Assembly (NCBI RefSeq): GCF_913774665.1
Contig: NZ_CAJYHN010000008.1
DNA from: an uncultured Microbacterium sp.
GTDB lineage: Bacteria > Actinomycetota > Actinomycetes > Actinomycetales > Microbacteriaceae
Direction: 5' to 3' (one strand)
DNA: 64,000 bases
The notes below the pieces were generated by a model. That model was given only the letters and a program-made list of their open reading frames with translations, made no database searches and was not told where the DNA came from. Of this stretch, positions 46,243 through 57,987 are shown piece by piece (within the stretch, counting starts at the first letter, position 1; the number at the start of each line of letters is the position of its first letter). The position numbers and the translations under genes are program-made.

Positions 46243-47654
46243 CGCCTGACGGGACGGCGGATTCCGCGCCGTCCGCGCGCTCCCGGGATGCGGCTGACCG
46301 CACACTCGCGCTTCTCCGGGCCGCGCTCGGCGAGCGCGTCGACACCTCGCCCGCGGCCCTCGACGCCGCGCGCGCCGACAAGTCAGGCCACGCCGCCGAG
46401 GGCCTGCCGCTCGCGGTGGTGCACGCGGCATCCGTCGCGGACGTCCAAGCGGTCATGCGCGTCGCCACGGCCACCCGCACCCCGGTGGTCCCGCGCGGAG
46501 CCGGCACCGGCCTCGCCGGAGGCGCGAACACCGGCGGCGGCGAGATCAGCCTGTCGCTGCGCGGCATGGACCGCGTGCTCGAGGTGCGCCCCGACGACCT
46601 GCTGGCCGTCGTCGAACCCGGCATCCTGAACGCCGATCTCAACGCACAGCTCGAACCGCACGGGGTGTGGTGGGCGCCGGATCCCGCGAGCCGGGCCATC
46701 TCGACCGTCGGCGGCAACATCGCCACCGGCGCGGGCGGCCTGCTGTGCGCGAAGTACGGCGTGGTGCGCGACGCCGTGCTCGGTCTCGACCTCGTGCTCG
46801 CCGACGGGCGCCTCCTGCACCTCGGTCACCGCAGTGTGAAGGGCGTGACAGGTCTCGACCTGACCTCTTTGGTCATCGGATCGGAGGGCACTCTCGGTGT
46901 CGTCGTCGGCGCGACCCTCAAGCTGCGTCGCCTCGTCGAGGGCGAGCGCGTGACCCTGACCGCCCTGTTCGAGGGCGTGCGGGCCGCCGCCGTCGCGTCG
47001 GCCGCGGTCACGGCATCCGGAATCCAACCCGCGATCATGGAGCTGATGGATGCCACGAGCCTCGCGGCCGTGCACCGTCTGCTGTCGCTGCCGGCCCCCG
47101 TCGCCGGCGCCGCGCAGCTGACCGTGCAGACCGATGGTCCCGTCGCCGTCGACGAGGCCCGCGCGGTCGCCGAGGTGCTGCGCGCCGCCGGAGGCACCGT
47201 GACCGTCGCCGCCGATGCGGCCGAGGGCGAGGCACTGCTGGCCGTGCGCCGCGCGATGCATCCCGCGATGGAGACCCTCGGCACGACCCTCATCGAAGAC
47301 GTGTCGTTGCCGCGCAGCGCCCTGCCCGACATGTTCGATGAGATCGCGCGGATCGAGCGGGAGTTCGGCCTGGTCATCCCCGCGGTCGCCCACGCGGGCG
47401 ACGGCAACCTGCACCCCAATTTCGTGTTCGAGGGACCCGAGGTGCCGCCGATCGTGTGGGAGGCGGCGGAGGAACTCTTCCGCGCGGCACTGGCACTGGG
47501 CGGGACCCTCACCGGAGAGCACGGGATCGGCGTGCTGAAGCGGCGCTGGCTCGCCGATGAGCTCGGCGACGACCAGTGGGCTCTGCAGCGCGATATCGCG
47601 CGGGTCTTCGACCCGCTCGGCATCCTGAATCCGGGCAAGGTCTTCGCCCCCTGA
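46239..47654 (+). CDS. FAD-linked oxidase (GlcD / D-lactate dehydrogenase-like)
   Basis: FAD_binding_4 motifs (VVPRGAGTGLAGGA, EPGILNADLN, PDPASRAISTVGGNIATGAGG) and C-terminal GTLTGEHGIG. ATGA overlap with the previous gene. Confidence 0.85.
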   Translation: MTPDGTADSAPSARSRDAADRTLALLRAALGERVDTSPAALDAARADKSGHAAEGLPLAVVHAASVADVQAVMRVATATRTPVVPRGAGTGLAGGANTGGGEISLSLRGMDRVLEVRPDDLLAVVEPGILNADLNAQLEPHGVWWAPDPASRAISTVGGNIATGAGGLLCAKYGVVRDAVLGLDLVLADGRLLHLGHRSVKGVTGLDLTSLVIGSEGTLGVVVGATLKLRRLVEGERVTLTALFEGVRAAAVASAAVTASGIQPAIMELMDATSLAAVHRLLSLPAPVAGAAQLTVQTDGPVAVDEARAVAEVLRAAGGTVTVAADAAEGEALLAVRRAMHPAMETLGTTLIEDVSLPRSALPDMFDEIARIEREFGLVIPAVAHAGDGNLHPNFVFEGPEVPPIVWEAAEELFRAALALGGTLTGEHGIGVLKRRWLADELGDDQWALQRDIARVFDPLGILNPGKVFAP

Positions 47655-47781
47655 GCGGTGCGTTGCGTGGCCGCTCCGGCCGCGTCGCGTCATCGACGTG
47701 ATCAGACCGTGATATTGCTCACGGTGTACGCGCAACATCCGCTCGTAGCATAGGAAGACTGACTATCGGGGGGTTTGACTT

Positions 47782-49182
47782 ATGACCGACGGCGCACCTG
47801 GCACCGACGGCGCGGCCTACGCCTGGGCACCGCCCGAGCCGACGAAGCGCAAGAACCGTTCCGGCCTCTGGATCGGCATCCCCGCCGGCGCGACGGCCGT
47901 GGCTCTCATCGCCGCCTCCCTCGTGCTGATCGCACCGGGCGCCTCGGTCGCGGGCGTGCAGATCGGCGGTCTCACCGCCGGTGCCGCCGCCCAGGCGATC
48001 TCGAACCGCCTGGCCGAGACCGCGATCACCGTCGACTCCCCCGCCGGCGCTGTCACCGTCACGGGAGCCGACCTCGGCGCGACCGTCGACGCCGCCGCCC
48101 TCGCCGACAAGGCCTTCGCCGACAACCCCATGTGGAAGCCCGCTTCGTGGTTCCCCGAGGGCACCGGCGTTCAGGTGCAGGTGAACGCCGACGAGGCCGC
48201 CACCGCGCTGAAGAACCGCGCCCCCGGCACCTACCGTGCGCCGGTCGACGCCTCCATCGCGTACGACGCGGGCTCGCAGGCGTACGTCGCCACCCCCGCC
48301 GAAGCCGGCGAGGGCATCGACGTCGCCGCCGTGACCTCCGCCCTCCAGTCCGCGTTCGACGCGGGTCAGAGCACCGCGACCGTCAACGCCGGCCTCGTGC
48401 CCGTCGACGCCCCCGTCTCGACCGATGAGGCCGGCGCCGCTGTCGCCACGCTGAACGGCATCCTGGATTCTGTCGGCTTCTACGTCGGCGAGGAGCGCAC
48501 CGTCGCCGTCGACCGCGCGACCGCCGCTTCGTGGCTCACCGTCACCCCCGACGGCAAGGGCGACTTCGCCATCTCGGCCGATCAGGCCGCGATCCAGTCC
48601 TCCGTCGCGGGCCTCGCGGGTGCGGTCGACCGCGCCGCCGTCAACGCCGACGTGATCGTCGACACCGGCGGAGAGGTCATCAAGGCTCTCACCGAGGGCC
48701 AGACGGGCCGCGCGCTCGGCGACACAAGTGGTGTGGCCGCAGCCTTCGCGAAGCAGCTCGCCGAGGGCAATGGCCGCTACGCCCTGCCCGTGACCGAGAC
48801 GCCGTTCGACACCACCAAGACGGAGCGCCGCATCGACGTCAACCTCAGCACGCAGACCACCACGCTGTGGCAGAACGGCGAGGTGTACCGCACGTACACG
48901 ATCTCGTCGGGCGCGGGCGACCACGCCACCCACACCGGCAACTTCCGCATCGGCTGGAAGACCGCGATGCAGGACATGGGCTGCGTCCCCGGCTACGACT
49001 ACTGCACCAAGGACGTCCCCTGGGTCGCGTACTTCAACGGCGACGAGGGCTTCCACGGCACCTACTGGCACAACAACTTCGGCACGCCGATGAGCCACGG
49101 TTGCATTAACATGACCATCCCGCAGGCCAAGGAGCTGTACGACTGGGCCTACCGCGGTACCGAGGTCTCGGTCCACTACTGA
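47782..49182 (+). CDS. L,D-transpeptidase (YkuD domain) with N-terminal TM anchor and long Ala-rich stalk
   Basis: C-terminal catalytic region FHGTYWHNNFGTPMSHGCINM (the His/Cys motif of the YkuD fold). Confidence 0.85.
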   Translation: MTDGAPGTDGAAYAWAPPEPTKRKNRSGLWIGIPAGATAVALIAASLVLIAPGASVAGVQIGGLTAGAAAQAISNRLAETAITVDSPAGAVTVTGADLGATVDAAALADKAFADNPMWKPASWFPEGTGVQVQVNADEAATALKNRAPGTYRAPVDASIAYDAGSQAYVATPAEAGEGIDVAAVTSALQSAFDAGQSTATVNAGLVPVDAPVSTDEAGAAVATLNGILDSVGFYVGEERTVAVDRATAASWLTVTPDGKGDFAISADQAAIQSSVAGLAGAVDRAAVNADVIVDTGGEVIKALTEGQTGRALGDTSGVAAAFAKQLAEGNGRYALPVTETPFDTTKTERRIDVNLSTQTTTLWQNGEVYRTYTISSGAGDHATHTGNFRIGWKTAMQDMGCVPGYDYCTKDVPWVAYFNGDEGFHGTYWHNNFGTPMSHGCINMTIPQAKELYDWAYRGTEVSVHY

Positions 49183-49196
49183 GCCCGGATCCCGGT

Positions 49197-49228
49197 GGAG
49201 GGGCGGATGCTTCGGCATCCGCCCCTCC
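49197..49228 (+). terminator. Rho-independent-like terminator after the L,D-transpeptidase gene
   Basis: GGAGGGGCGGATGC-TTCG-GCATCCGCCCCTCC followed by TTCCGTTTCC. Confidence 0.75.
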
Positions 49229-49285
49229 TTCCGTTTCCGCCCGGGCGTGCGCGCTATCCGCGCCGCCGCCCCGGCCCGGCCACGG

Positions 49286-49638
49286 GCACAACTCCTGCAT
49301 TCCGGCGCCGCACCCGGCCGCGGCACCCCGGGCCCACAGGACCGGCACGACTCCTGTAATCCGGCCCCGCCGGGCCTCCACCGGTCCGAAAACCCCACAT
49401 CTGCAGGAGTTGTGCGCGCCGGCCCGGGCCCTGGCCGACTCCCCGCCGGCCTCGTGGCGACTCCACGCACGACGTCCACTCTGCAGCCGCACCAGCATCC
49501 CCGACCCACCGACCGGCACAACTCCTGCACTCCGGCGCCGCAGCCGCCCCCAGCCCACCGGACCGGCACAACTCCTGCAATCCGGCCCCACCCGACGCCC
49601 ACCGCCCCGAAAACCCCAGATCTGCAGGAGTCATGCGC
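49286..49638. repeat. Family R1 repeats, 2 compound units of about 230 bp (two direct arms plus one inverted arm each)
   Basis: GCAC(A/G)ACTCCTG(C/T)A occurs at 49286, 49345, 49516 and 49565. The inverted partner CTGCAGGAGT(T/C)(G/A)TGCGC occurs at 49400 and 49621. Confidence 0.85.
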
Positions 49639-49695
49639 GCCGGCCGGGGCCGACCGGGCACGAACGGCGCGGGCGAAGCGGTCCGACAACAGAAG

Positions 49696-49725
49696 AGGGG
49701 CGGATGCCGTGTGGCATCCGCCCCT
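49696..49725 (-). terminator. Terminator hairpin downstream of icd
   Basis: AGGGGCGGATGCC-GTGT-GGCATCCGCCCCT. On the minus strand it is followed by a T-rich tail (CTTCTGTTGTC). Confidence 0.7.
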
Positions 49726-49740
49726 TTCGGGATCAGGCGA

Positions 49741-51960
<2,220 letters not shown>

Positions 51961-52073
51961 GTCAGATCTCTCCGTAGAGGCGGCCAGGGTTGCGATTCAG
52001 CCTATCGCACCCGGGCAAAGTCTCTTGATGTCGAGATAGTTCTCGGCATCCGCGCGCTGTTTGGTGCGGAGTC

Positions 52074-52652
52074 TCAGCCCCGGATGCCGTGTTCTCGCGC
52101 GGTCCGCGGGTGCCCCAGGCTCTCGCGGGGAACGTCAACCGCGCGCGCCCAGCCCGGTCCCTCGACGACGACGCCGCGAGCGACGAGGCCGTCGATGGCG
52201 GCATCCATCTCTCGGGCGATCTCGGGTGCGACCTCTCCCCCGACCACCATCGACACGATGACGCGGCTGAGATCGTTCACCGTGCGCGTCGTGAGGACGA
52301 CGACCGCCTGCATCGAGAGGGGTCCGACACGGGTGGTCAGCAGGGAGAGACCGGTCCCGTTGAAGAACGTGTCGGCGAGGAAGCTGCCCCGTGAGTAAAC
52401 GCGGAGCGTCTCCCCCGTCGCACCCGGGTTCGCACGCGCCTCTCGCGCCGGCGCAGCACGCAGATGTGCGCGCTGCAGAGCTTCATCGAACGCGTGCAGA
52501 GCGGCATCCTCGACGTCGTGCGGGACGTGCACCGTGCAGGAAAGGGGGATTCGGTGACGCCCCGCCCTCGTCTCGGGTGCGCGCGGGGGCCGGTCAGCAT
52601 CGGGCACCCGCCCAGCGTATGCACCGGTGACGGGAACCGCATGCGTTGACAT
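52074..52652 (-). CDS. Hypothetical protein (start uncertain)
   Basis: The C-terminal 120 aa or so (LRVYSRGSFLADTFFNGTGLSLLTTRVGPLSMQAVVVLTTRTVNDLSRVIVSMVVGG...) look like a folded domain. The upstream part of listed ORF 52074..53030 overlaps the GNAT gene and is rejected. Confidence 0.4.
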   Translation of the reverse strand: MSTHAVPVTGAYAGRVPDADRPPRAPETRAGRHRIPLSCTVHVPHDVEDAALHAFDEALQRAHLRAAPAREARANPGATGETLRVYSRGSFLADTFFNGTGLSLLTTRVGPLSMQAVVVLTTRTVNDLSRVIVSMVVGGEVAPEIAREMDAAIDGLVARGVVVEGPGWARAVDVPRESLGHPRTAREHGIRG

Positions 52653-52694
52653 GCGATCTTGGGGGCGGGGTGGGGGTGCCGCTAGCCTGGGCCC

Positions 52695-53147
52695 ATGGCT
52701 GACCTGCGTCTCGTCGAACTGTCCGCCGCCACGATCGTGGCCGTGAACACCCTGTCGCTCAAGCCCGGGCAGGAGCAGTTCCTCGCGCCGGTCAGTTACG
52801 GCATCGCGGCGACCGTCAGCAACCCGCAGACGTCGTGGCAGCGCGTCGTGCTCGACGGCGACGAGGTCGTCGGCTTCGTCAGCGCGAACTTCGACCCGGA
52901 CGCGCACGAGGAGCACTTCCGCTCGGTGCTGTGGCGCATCAACGTCGACGCCGACGAGCAGGGCCGCGGTGTCGGCAGCTACGCGATCGCCGCCGTCCTC
53001 GAAGAGGCCCGGGGCCGCGGTATGGACCATGTCGACGTCATCTACGAGCCCGGTGTCGGCGGACCCGAGGCGTTCTTCACGCGCGTGGGCTTCGAGCCCG
53101 TCGCCGAGACGGAGTACGGCGAGATCGTCGCCCGCGCGCGGGTGTAA
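52695..53147 (+). CDS. GNAT family N-acetyltransferase
   Basis: RINVDADEQGRGVGSYAIAAVLEEARGRG...FFTRVGFEP is an acetyl-CoA-binding motif. Confidence 0.8.
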   Translation: MADLRLVELSAATIVAVNTLSLKPGQEQFLAPVSYGIAATVSNPQTSWQRVVLDGDEVVGFVSANFDPDAHEEHFRSVLWRINVDADEQGRGVGSYAIAAVLEEARGRGMDHVDVIYEPGVGGPEAFFTRVGFEPVAETEYGEIVARARV

Positions 53148-53321
53148 GACCCGGCGCGGCGGCGCCCGCGGCCGGCCGGATCGCCCCGGTGCACGCGAGC
53201 AGATCCGGACCGAAGCGACAGATTCGAATTAGAACCGGGACTGCATCCGAATCCGCTGCGCTCGCCCGAATTCGTGAGCGATGCGGACAGCGGCGCGGCG
53301 CCGGGTGGGCCCGCAGGAACA

Positions 53322-53356
53322 CGGATGCCACGCCCTCCCAGGGAGCGTGGCATCCG
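53322..53356. terminator. Hairpin between convergent GNAT and ABC genes
   Basis: CGGATGCCACG (53322-53332) pairs with CGTGGCATCCG (53346-53356). Confidence 0.5.
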
Positions 53357-53370
53357 GTGTGCACTGCCGG

Positions 53371-55188
53371 TCAGACGAGGGACTCTCTCCAGGCAGCGTG
53401 CAGCTGAGCGAACTTGCCCGTGCCGGCGATGAGCGCGGCGGGGGTGTCGTCTTCGATGATGCGGCCGTGCTCCATCACCAGCACGCGGTCGGCGATCGCG
53501 ACCGTCGACAGACGGTGCGCGATGATGATCGCCGTACGGTCGGCGAGCAGCGTCTGCAGGGCGTCCTGGATCTGCCGCTCGCTGGGGATGTCGAGCGAGG
53601 CCGTCGCCTCGTCGAGGATGAGCACCGCCGGGTCGGCGAGGAACGCGCGCGCGAACGAGATCAGCTGACGCTGACCCGCCGAGACACGGCCACCGCGCTT
53701 GTTGACGTCGGTGTCGTAGCCGTCGGGCAGCTTCGAAATGAACGCGTCGGCGCCCACGGCTCGAGCCGCCGCGCGGATCTCATCCATCGTGGCATCCGGC
53801 TTTCCGAGCGCGATGTTGTCGGCCACGGTCCCGCTGAACAGGTAGGCCTCCTGCGTGACCATGACGATCGCGCGGCGCAGGTCCTTCGGGTGCAGGCGCC
53901 GCAGGTCGACATCGTCGAGGGTCACGGCCCCCTTCGTCGGGTCGTAGAAGCGCGAGACCAGCTTGGCCAACGTCGACTTGCCGGCGCCGGTGGTGCCGAC
54001 GAGGGCGATCGTCTGCCCGGCGGGGATGTCGAGCGAGAAGTGCGGAAGGATGACGCGGTCGTCGGAGTACCCGAAGGTGACGTCGTCGAAGCTCACGTGT
54101 CCGCGCGCGGTCCACAGGTCGATCGGGTCGGTCGGGTCGGGGACCGTCGGCTGCTCCTCGAGGACGCCCGACACCTTCTCGAGCGCCGCCGTCGCGGACT
54201 GGTAGGAGTTCAGGAAGAACGCGACCTCCTGCAGCGGAGAGAAGAAGTTGCGCACGTACAGCACCGCGGCCGTGAGCACACCGATCTCGAGCGGCCCCGC
54301 GATCACGCGGCCCCCACCCCACAGCAGCACGACGGCGACCGACACGGCGGCGACGCCCATGATGCCCGGCTCGAACGTTCCGAACAGCTTGATCGAGCGC
54401 ATGTTGACGTCGCGGTAGTCGCCGGCGAGCTTGCCGAACTCGGCGTCGTTGCGCGGTTCCTTGCGGAACGCCTTGACCGCCCGGATACCTGTCATCGACT
54501 CGACGAACTTCACGATCACCTGAGCACTGATCACGCGCGACTCACGGTAGATGACCTGCGAGCGCGAATAGAACCAGCGCATGAGGAAGTACATGGGGAT
54601 GCCCATGGCGGTGAGGATCACCCCCGACTGCCAGTCGATGAGGAACAGCGCACCGAGAGTGAACAGGCCGTAGAGCACACCCGACACCAGCTCATTGAGT
54701 CCGCCGTCGAGCAGCTCGCGGATCGTGTCGAGATCGCTCGTCTGGCGCGAGATGATGCGTCCCGAGGTGTACGACTCGTGGAACTCGAGACTCAACCGCT
54801 GCGTGTGCAGGAAGATGCGCTTGCGCAGGTCGAGCATGATCGCCTGCGTGAGCCGTGCGGCCACGACCACGTACCAGCCGATGAGCACGGCCCCGCCGAC
54901 GCCTGCCAGCAAGTAGACGGCGACGACGCCGTACGTCGGCATCCAGTCGCTGCGCTCGATCACCGCGGGGAGGGCGTTGTCGATGCCGTACGCGATCAAG
55001 GCGGGACCGGCGACCCGCAGGGCCGTCGAGATCACGAGCACGGCCGCGGCGAGCACGAGCTGCCAGCGCAGCGGCGAGACCAGCGAACCCAGCAGGCGCA
55101 GCGAGCGCTGTCGAATCGCGCGGCTCTCGGCGCGGGTGTAGTCGGAGCGATCTTCGCCGCTCGTCCCGGTGACGGTGGAGGTGCTCAT
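53371..55188 (-). CDS. ABC exporter, fused permease/ATPase (second half of a heterodimeric pair)
   Basis: TM domain, Walker [10 protein letters not shown], signature VSAGQRQ and Walker [11 protein letters not shown] at 55188 (MSTSTVTG). ATGA overlap with the upstream partner. Confidence 0.9.
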   Translation of the reverse strand: MSTSTVTGTSGEDRSDYTRAESRAIRQRSLRLLGSLVSPLRWQLVLAAAVLVISTALRVAGPALIAYGIDNALPAVIERSDWMPTYGVVAVYLLAGVGGAVLIGWYVVVAARLTQAIMLDLRKRIFLHTQRLSLEFHESYTSGRIISRQTSDLDTIRELLDGGLNELVSGVLYGLFTLGALFLIDWQSGVILTAMGIPMYFLMRWFYSRSQVIYRESRVISAQVIVKFVESMTGIRAVKAFRKEPRNDAEFGKLAGDYRDVNMRSIKLFGTFEPGIMGVAAVSVAVVLLWGGGRVIAGPLEIGVLTAAVLYVRNFFSPLQEVAFFLNSYQSATAALEKVSGVLEEQPTVPDPTDPIDLWTARGHVSFDDVTFGYSDDRVILPHFSLDIPAGQTIALVGTTGAGKSTLAKLVSRFYDPTKGAVTLDDVDLRRLHPKDLRRAIVMVTQEAYLFSGTVADNIALGKPDATMDEIRAAARAVGADAFISKLPDGYDTDVNKRGGRVSAGQRQLISFARAFLADPAVLILDEATASLDIPSERQIQDALQTLLADRTAIIIAHRLSTVAIADRVLVMEHGRIIEDDTPAALIAGTGKFAQLHAAWRESLV

Positions 55189-57047
55189 CGGGTCGCCTCC
55201 TTCTCGGTGAGGACGTCGTCGTCGGAGCGGATCACGTCGATCGCTCCCGTGCGGGCTTCGCGCTCGGCCTCTTCGAGGCTCGAGATGACGTAGCGGTAGT
55301 GGTCGCTCTCGCGCAGCAGGTCGGAGTGCGTGCCGACGGCGGTGATACGACCGTTCTCGAGCAGGGCTACCCGGTCGGCGAGAGTCACCGTCGAGGGCCG
55401 GTGGGCCACGACGAGCGCGGTCGTCTCGCTGAGCACCTCGCGCAGAGCGTCTTCGACCAGAGCCTCGGTGTCGACGTCGAGCGCCGACAGCGGGTCGTCG
55501 AGCACGAGCACGGCCGGGCGGGCCGCGACCGCCCGCGCGAGCGCCAGACGCTGACGCTGACCGCCCGAGAGGCTCAACCCCTCTTCGCCGATGACCGTGT
55601 CGAGGCCGTCGGGCAGGTCGTACACGAAGTGCGCTTGGGCGACCTGCAGCGCTTCGCGCAGGATCTCCTCGGCCTCGGGCGAGCCCGGGGCGAGGTCTTC
55701 CCGACCGAGCAGCACGTTGTCGCGCACGGTCTGGGAGAACAGCGTCGCGTCTTCGAAGGCCATGCCGACGTGACGCCGGAGCTCGGCGAGCGTCAGGTCG
55801 CGCACATCGACGCCGTCGATCAGCACCCGGCCACCGGTCACGTCGTACAGGCGACCGGGCAGCGTGGTCAGGGTGGTCTTGCCCGAGCCGGTGAGGCCGA
55901 CGAGGGCCATCGTCTCGCCCGGACGCAGCACGAGGTCGATGCCGTTCAGCAGGTCGGGCTCGGTGCTCGCGGAGTCCTGGTAGCGGAAATGCGCGCCCTC
56001 GAAAGTGAGCTCGCCCCGGGGCTCCACGATCGTGCGGGGGTTCTCCGGATCGACGATGGTGTTCTGCTCGTCGAAGACCTCGAAGATGCGGTCGGTCGCG
56101 GTGCGCGCGTCGAGCAGGAACGAGAAAAGGAACCCGATCGATTCCATCGGCCACCGCAGCACGGTCGCCATCGCGAAGAACGCGACCAGCTCGGCCACCT
56201 GCAGCTGTCCGAGCTGGGTCAGCACGATGCCCGCGCCGAGGCACACGGCGAACGCGATGTCGGGCAGCAGTACGAGCCAGAACCAGATCCACCCGACCGC
56301 GCGGGCCTTGTCGATCTCGGTCTCGCGGAGCGATTCGGCCTGGCGGGTGAACTTCTGGAGGGCGTGCTTGCCGCGGCCGAAGGCCTTGAGTACCCGGATG
56401 CCGTGCACGCTCTCTTCGACGCTGGTGGCCAGATCGCCGGCTTGGTCCTGACTCTGGCGCGTCAGGGCACCGTAGCGCTTCTCGAAGCGGAAGCCCACGT
56501 AGATGACGGGGGCGGAGGTGACGAGGAACAGCGCACCGAGCAACCAGTGCCACCGGAACAGCAGCACGGCGCCGATGACGATGGTGAGCAGATTGACCAC
56601 GAGCAGGATGACGCCGAAGGCCAGCCACCGGCGCAGCATGCTGATGTCCTGCATCATGCGCGAGAGCAGCTGCCCGGACTGCCACCGGTCGTGGAACGCG
56701 ACGGGCAGGCGCTGGAGGCGCGAGTAGAACGACTGACGAAGGTCGTACTCGACCTTGGTGGCGGGCGAGAGCACGAACCAGCGGCGAAGCCACACCATCG
56801 CGGCCTCGGCGAGGCCGAGGCCGAGCACGGCGAGCGAGCCCCACACGAGGGCTCCGGCGTCGAGGGAGGCGATGGGACCGGCGACGATCTGCTCGAGCAC
56901 GAGCGGGATCGCCAGGGCCAGCAGGCTCGCGATGAGGGCGGTGACGGCACCGGCGATGAGGCGCGGCAGGACCGGCCGAGCGATCGGCAGAAGGCGCGCG
57001 AGGGCGCGCGGAGTGGAGAGGCGTTTCGGAGGCGTTGAGGTGGTCAT
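55185..57047 (-). CDS. ABC exporter, fused permease/ATPase (first half of a heterodimeric pair)
   Basis: TM domain, Walker [10 protein letters not shown], signature LSGGQRQR and Walker B LVLDDPLS. Confidence 0.9.
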   Translation of the reverse strand: MTTSTPPKRLSTPRALARLLPIARPVLPRLIAGAVTALIASLLALAIPLVLEQIVAGPIASLDAGALVWGSLAVLGLGLAEAAMVWLRRWFVLSPATKVEYDLRQSFYSRLQRLPVAFHDRWQSGQLLSRMMQDISMLRRWLAFGVILLVVNLLTIVIGAVLLFRWHWLLGALFLVTSAPVIYVGFRFEKRYGALTRQSQDQAGDLATSVEESVHGIRVLKAFGRGKHALQKFTRQAESLRETEIDKARAVGWIWFWLVLLPDIAFAVCLGAGIVLTQLGQLQVAELVAFFAMATVLRWPMESIGFLFSFLLDARTATDRIFEVFDEQNTIVDPENPRTIVEPRGELTFEGAHFRYQDSASTEPDLLNGIDLVLRPGETMALVGLTGSGKTTLTTLPGRLYDVTGGRVLIDGVDVRDLTLAELRRHVGMAFEDATLFSQTVRDNVLLGREDLAPGSPEAEEILREALQVAQAHFVYDLPDGLDTVIGEEGLSLSGGQRQRLALARAVAARPAVLVLDDPLSALDVDTEALVEDALREVLSETTALVVAHRPSTVTLADRVALLENGRITAVGTHSDLLRESDHYRYVISSLEEAEREARTGAIDVIRSDDDVLTEKEATR

Positions 57048-57161
57048 GATCCTCGTGGGGTCGGAGCGGGCGCCGGGATCGGGCGCGGAAGGGGAGCCGT
57101 GAGGCGCGACGAAGATCGTCGGTCGGGGCGAAGCGGTCGCGCGTGAGCGCGGCGCGAGGCC

Positions 57162-57236
57162 CTAGGAGCGTCGGCCGGGGCGCGCAGCGACGGAGGACGC
57201 GGCGGCCGGGGCGACGGGGGCGTCGATCTGGTCCAT
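57162..57236 (-). CDS. Candidate 24-codon small ORF or leader peptide upstream of the ABC exporter pair
   Basis: ATG preceded by TGAGGAGGATGCC (strong SD). It encodes [24 protein letters not shown] and ends 114 nt before the ABC start. Confidence 0.3.
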   Translation of the reverse strand: MDQIDAPVAPAAASSVAARPGRRS

Positions 57237-57400
57237 GGCATCCTCCTCAGTTGGTGAAGCTTCCGCCGGGGGGACGGTAGCCCTCCAGGATATCCCTGAG
57301 AGATTGCTGAGGGCAAGGGTTTCTTGCGCCGGCCGAAGGAACCGGGACGGAGAACGCTGTCCCCGGCCCCTGAGCCCGTCGAAGGGACCGGGACCCACGT

Positions 57401-57477
57401 GCCCCGGCGTCCTCGACACGCTCAGCCACCCGGCACCCGCGAGAGTCGCCCCGACGGCTTCGATACGCTTAGCCACC
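57401..57477. repeat. 30-nt direct repeat x2, 47-nt period
   Basis: GCCCCGGCGTCCTCGACACGCTCAGCCACC (57401-57430) versus GCCCCGACGGCTTCGATACGCTTAGCCACC (57448-57477). 25 of 30 positions are identical by manual alignment. Confidence 0.7.
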
Positions 57478-57489
57478 TGCCCCACCCGG

Positions 57490-57987
57490 TCAGGCCGTTG
57501 CCTCGCGCGCCAGAAGGCTCTGCTTCACCTCCGTGCCCCACGCGAACCCGCCGAGCGTGCCGTCGCCGCGGAGCACGCGGTGGCACGGGACGAACAGCGC
57601 AACGGCGTTGCGCGCGCAGATCGAGGCGGCGGCGCGCACGGCAGCCGGCGAGCCGAGGGCGGCTGCGAAGCCGGTGTACGTGAGGGGCGAGCCGGGGGCG
57701 ATGGACCGCAGCGCCTGCCACCCCGTGCGCTGCAAGGGCGTGCCGATCTGCGCGACGGCGACGGCGTCGATGGCTGCGAGGTCGCCGTCGTAGTACGCCC
57801 TCACGGCGGCTGCGGCCCCCGTGCCGCCGCTCACGACGCGTTCGGGGCGTCGCTCAGGCCGCAACCGCGCGAGGACAGCGTCGGTGTCGGAGGTCCACCC
57901 CGAGACGATGACGCGGTCGGCCTCGTCGGCGAGGATCGCGAAGGGACCGTCGGGGGTGTCGACGAATTCGAGGATCGCGGTGGTCAT
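57490..57987 (-). CDS. ogt: Methylated-DNA--protein-cysteine methyltransferase
   Basis: Active-site motif VPCHRV and C-terminal DNA-binding domain. ATGA overlap with the upstream ada/alkA gene. Confidence 0.9.
   Translation of the reverse strand: MTTAILEFVDTPDGPFAILADEADRVIVSGWTSDTDAVLARLRPERRPERVVSGGTGAAAAVRAYYDGDLAAIDAVAVAQIGTPLQRTGWQALRSIAPGSPLTYTGFAAALGSPAAVRAAASICARNAVALFVPCHRVLRGDGTLGGFAWGTEVKQSLLAREATA

Noticed and set aside
49197-49725. MITE with 13-bp terminal inverted repeats
   Set aside because: The apparent termini are each part of a self-contained palindromic hairpin positioned exactly as the terminators of two convergent genes. No target-site duplication is visible. It is kept only as a low-probability alternative in the findings.
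57044-57485. Listed 90-aa and 107-aa minus-strand ORFs in the ABC operon leader
   Set aside because: Their composition is Pro/Arg/Ala-rich with no SD at the starts. Only the short 24-codon frame has a strong ribosome-binding site.
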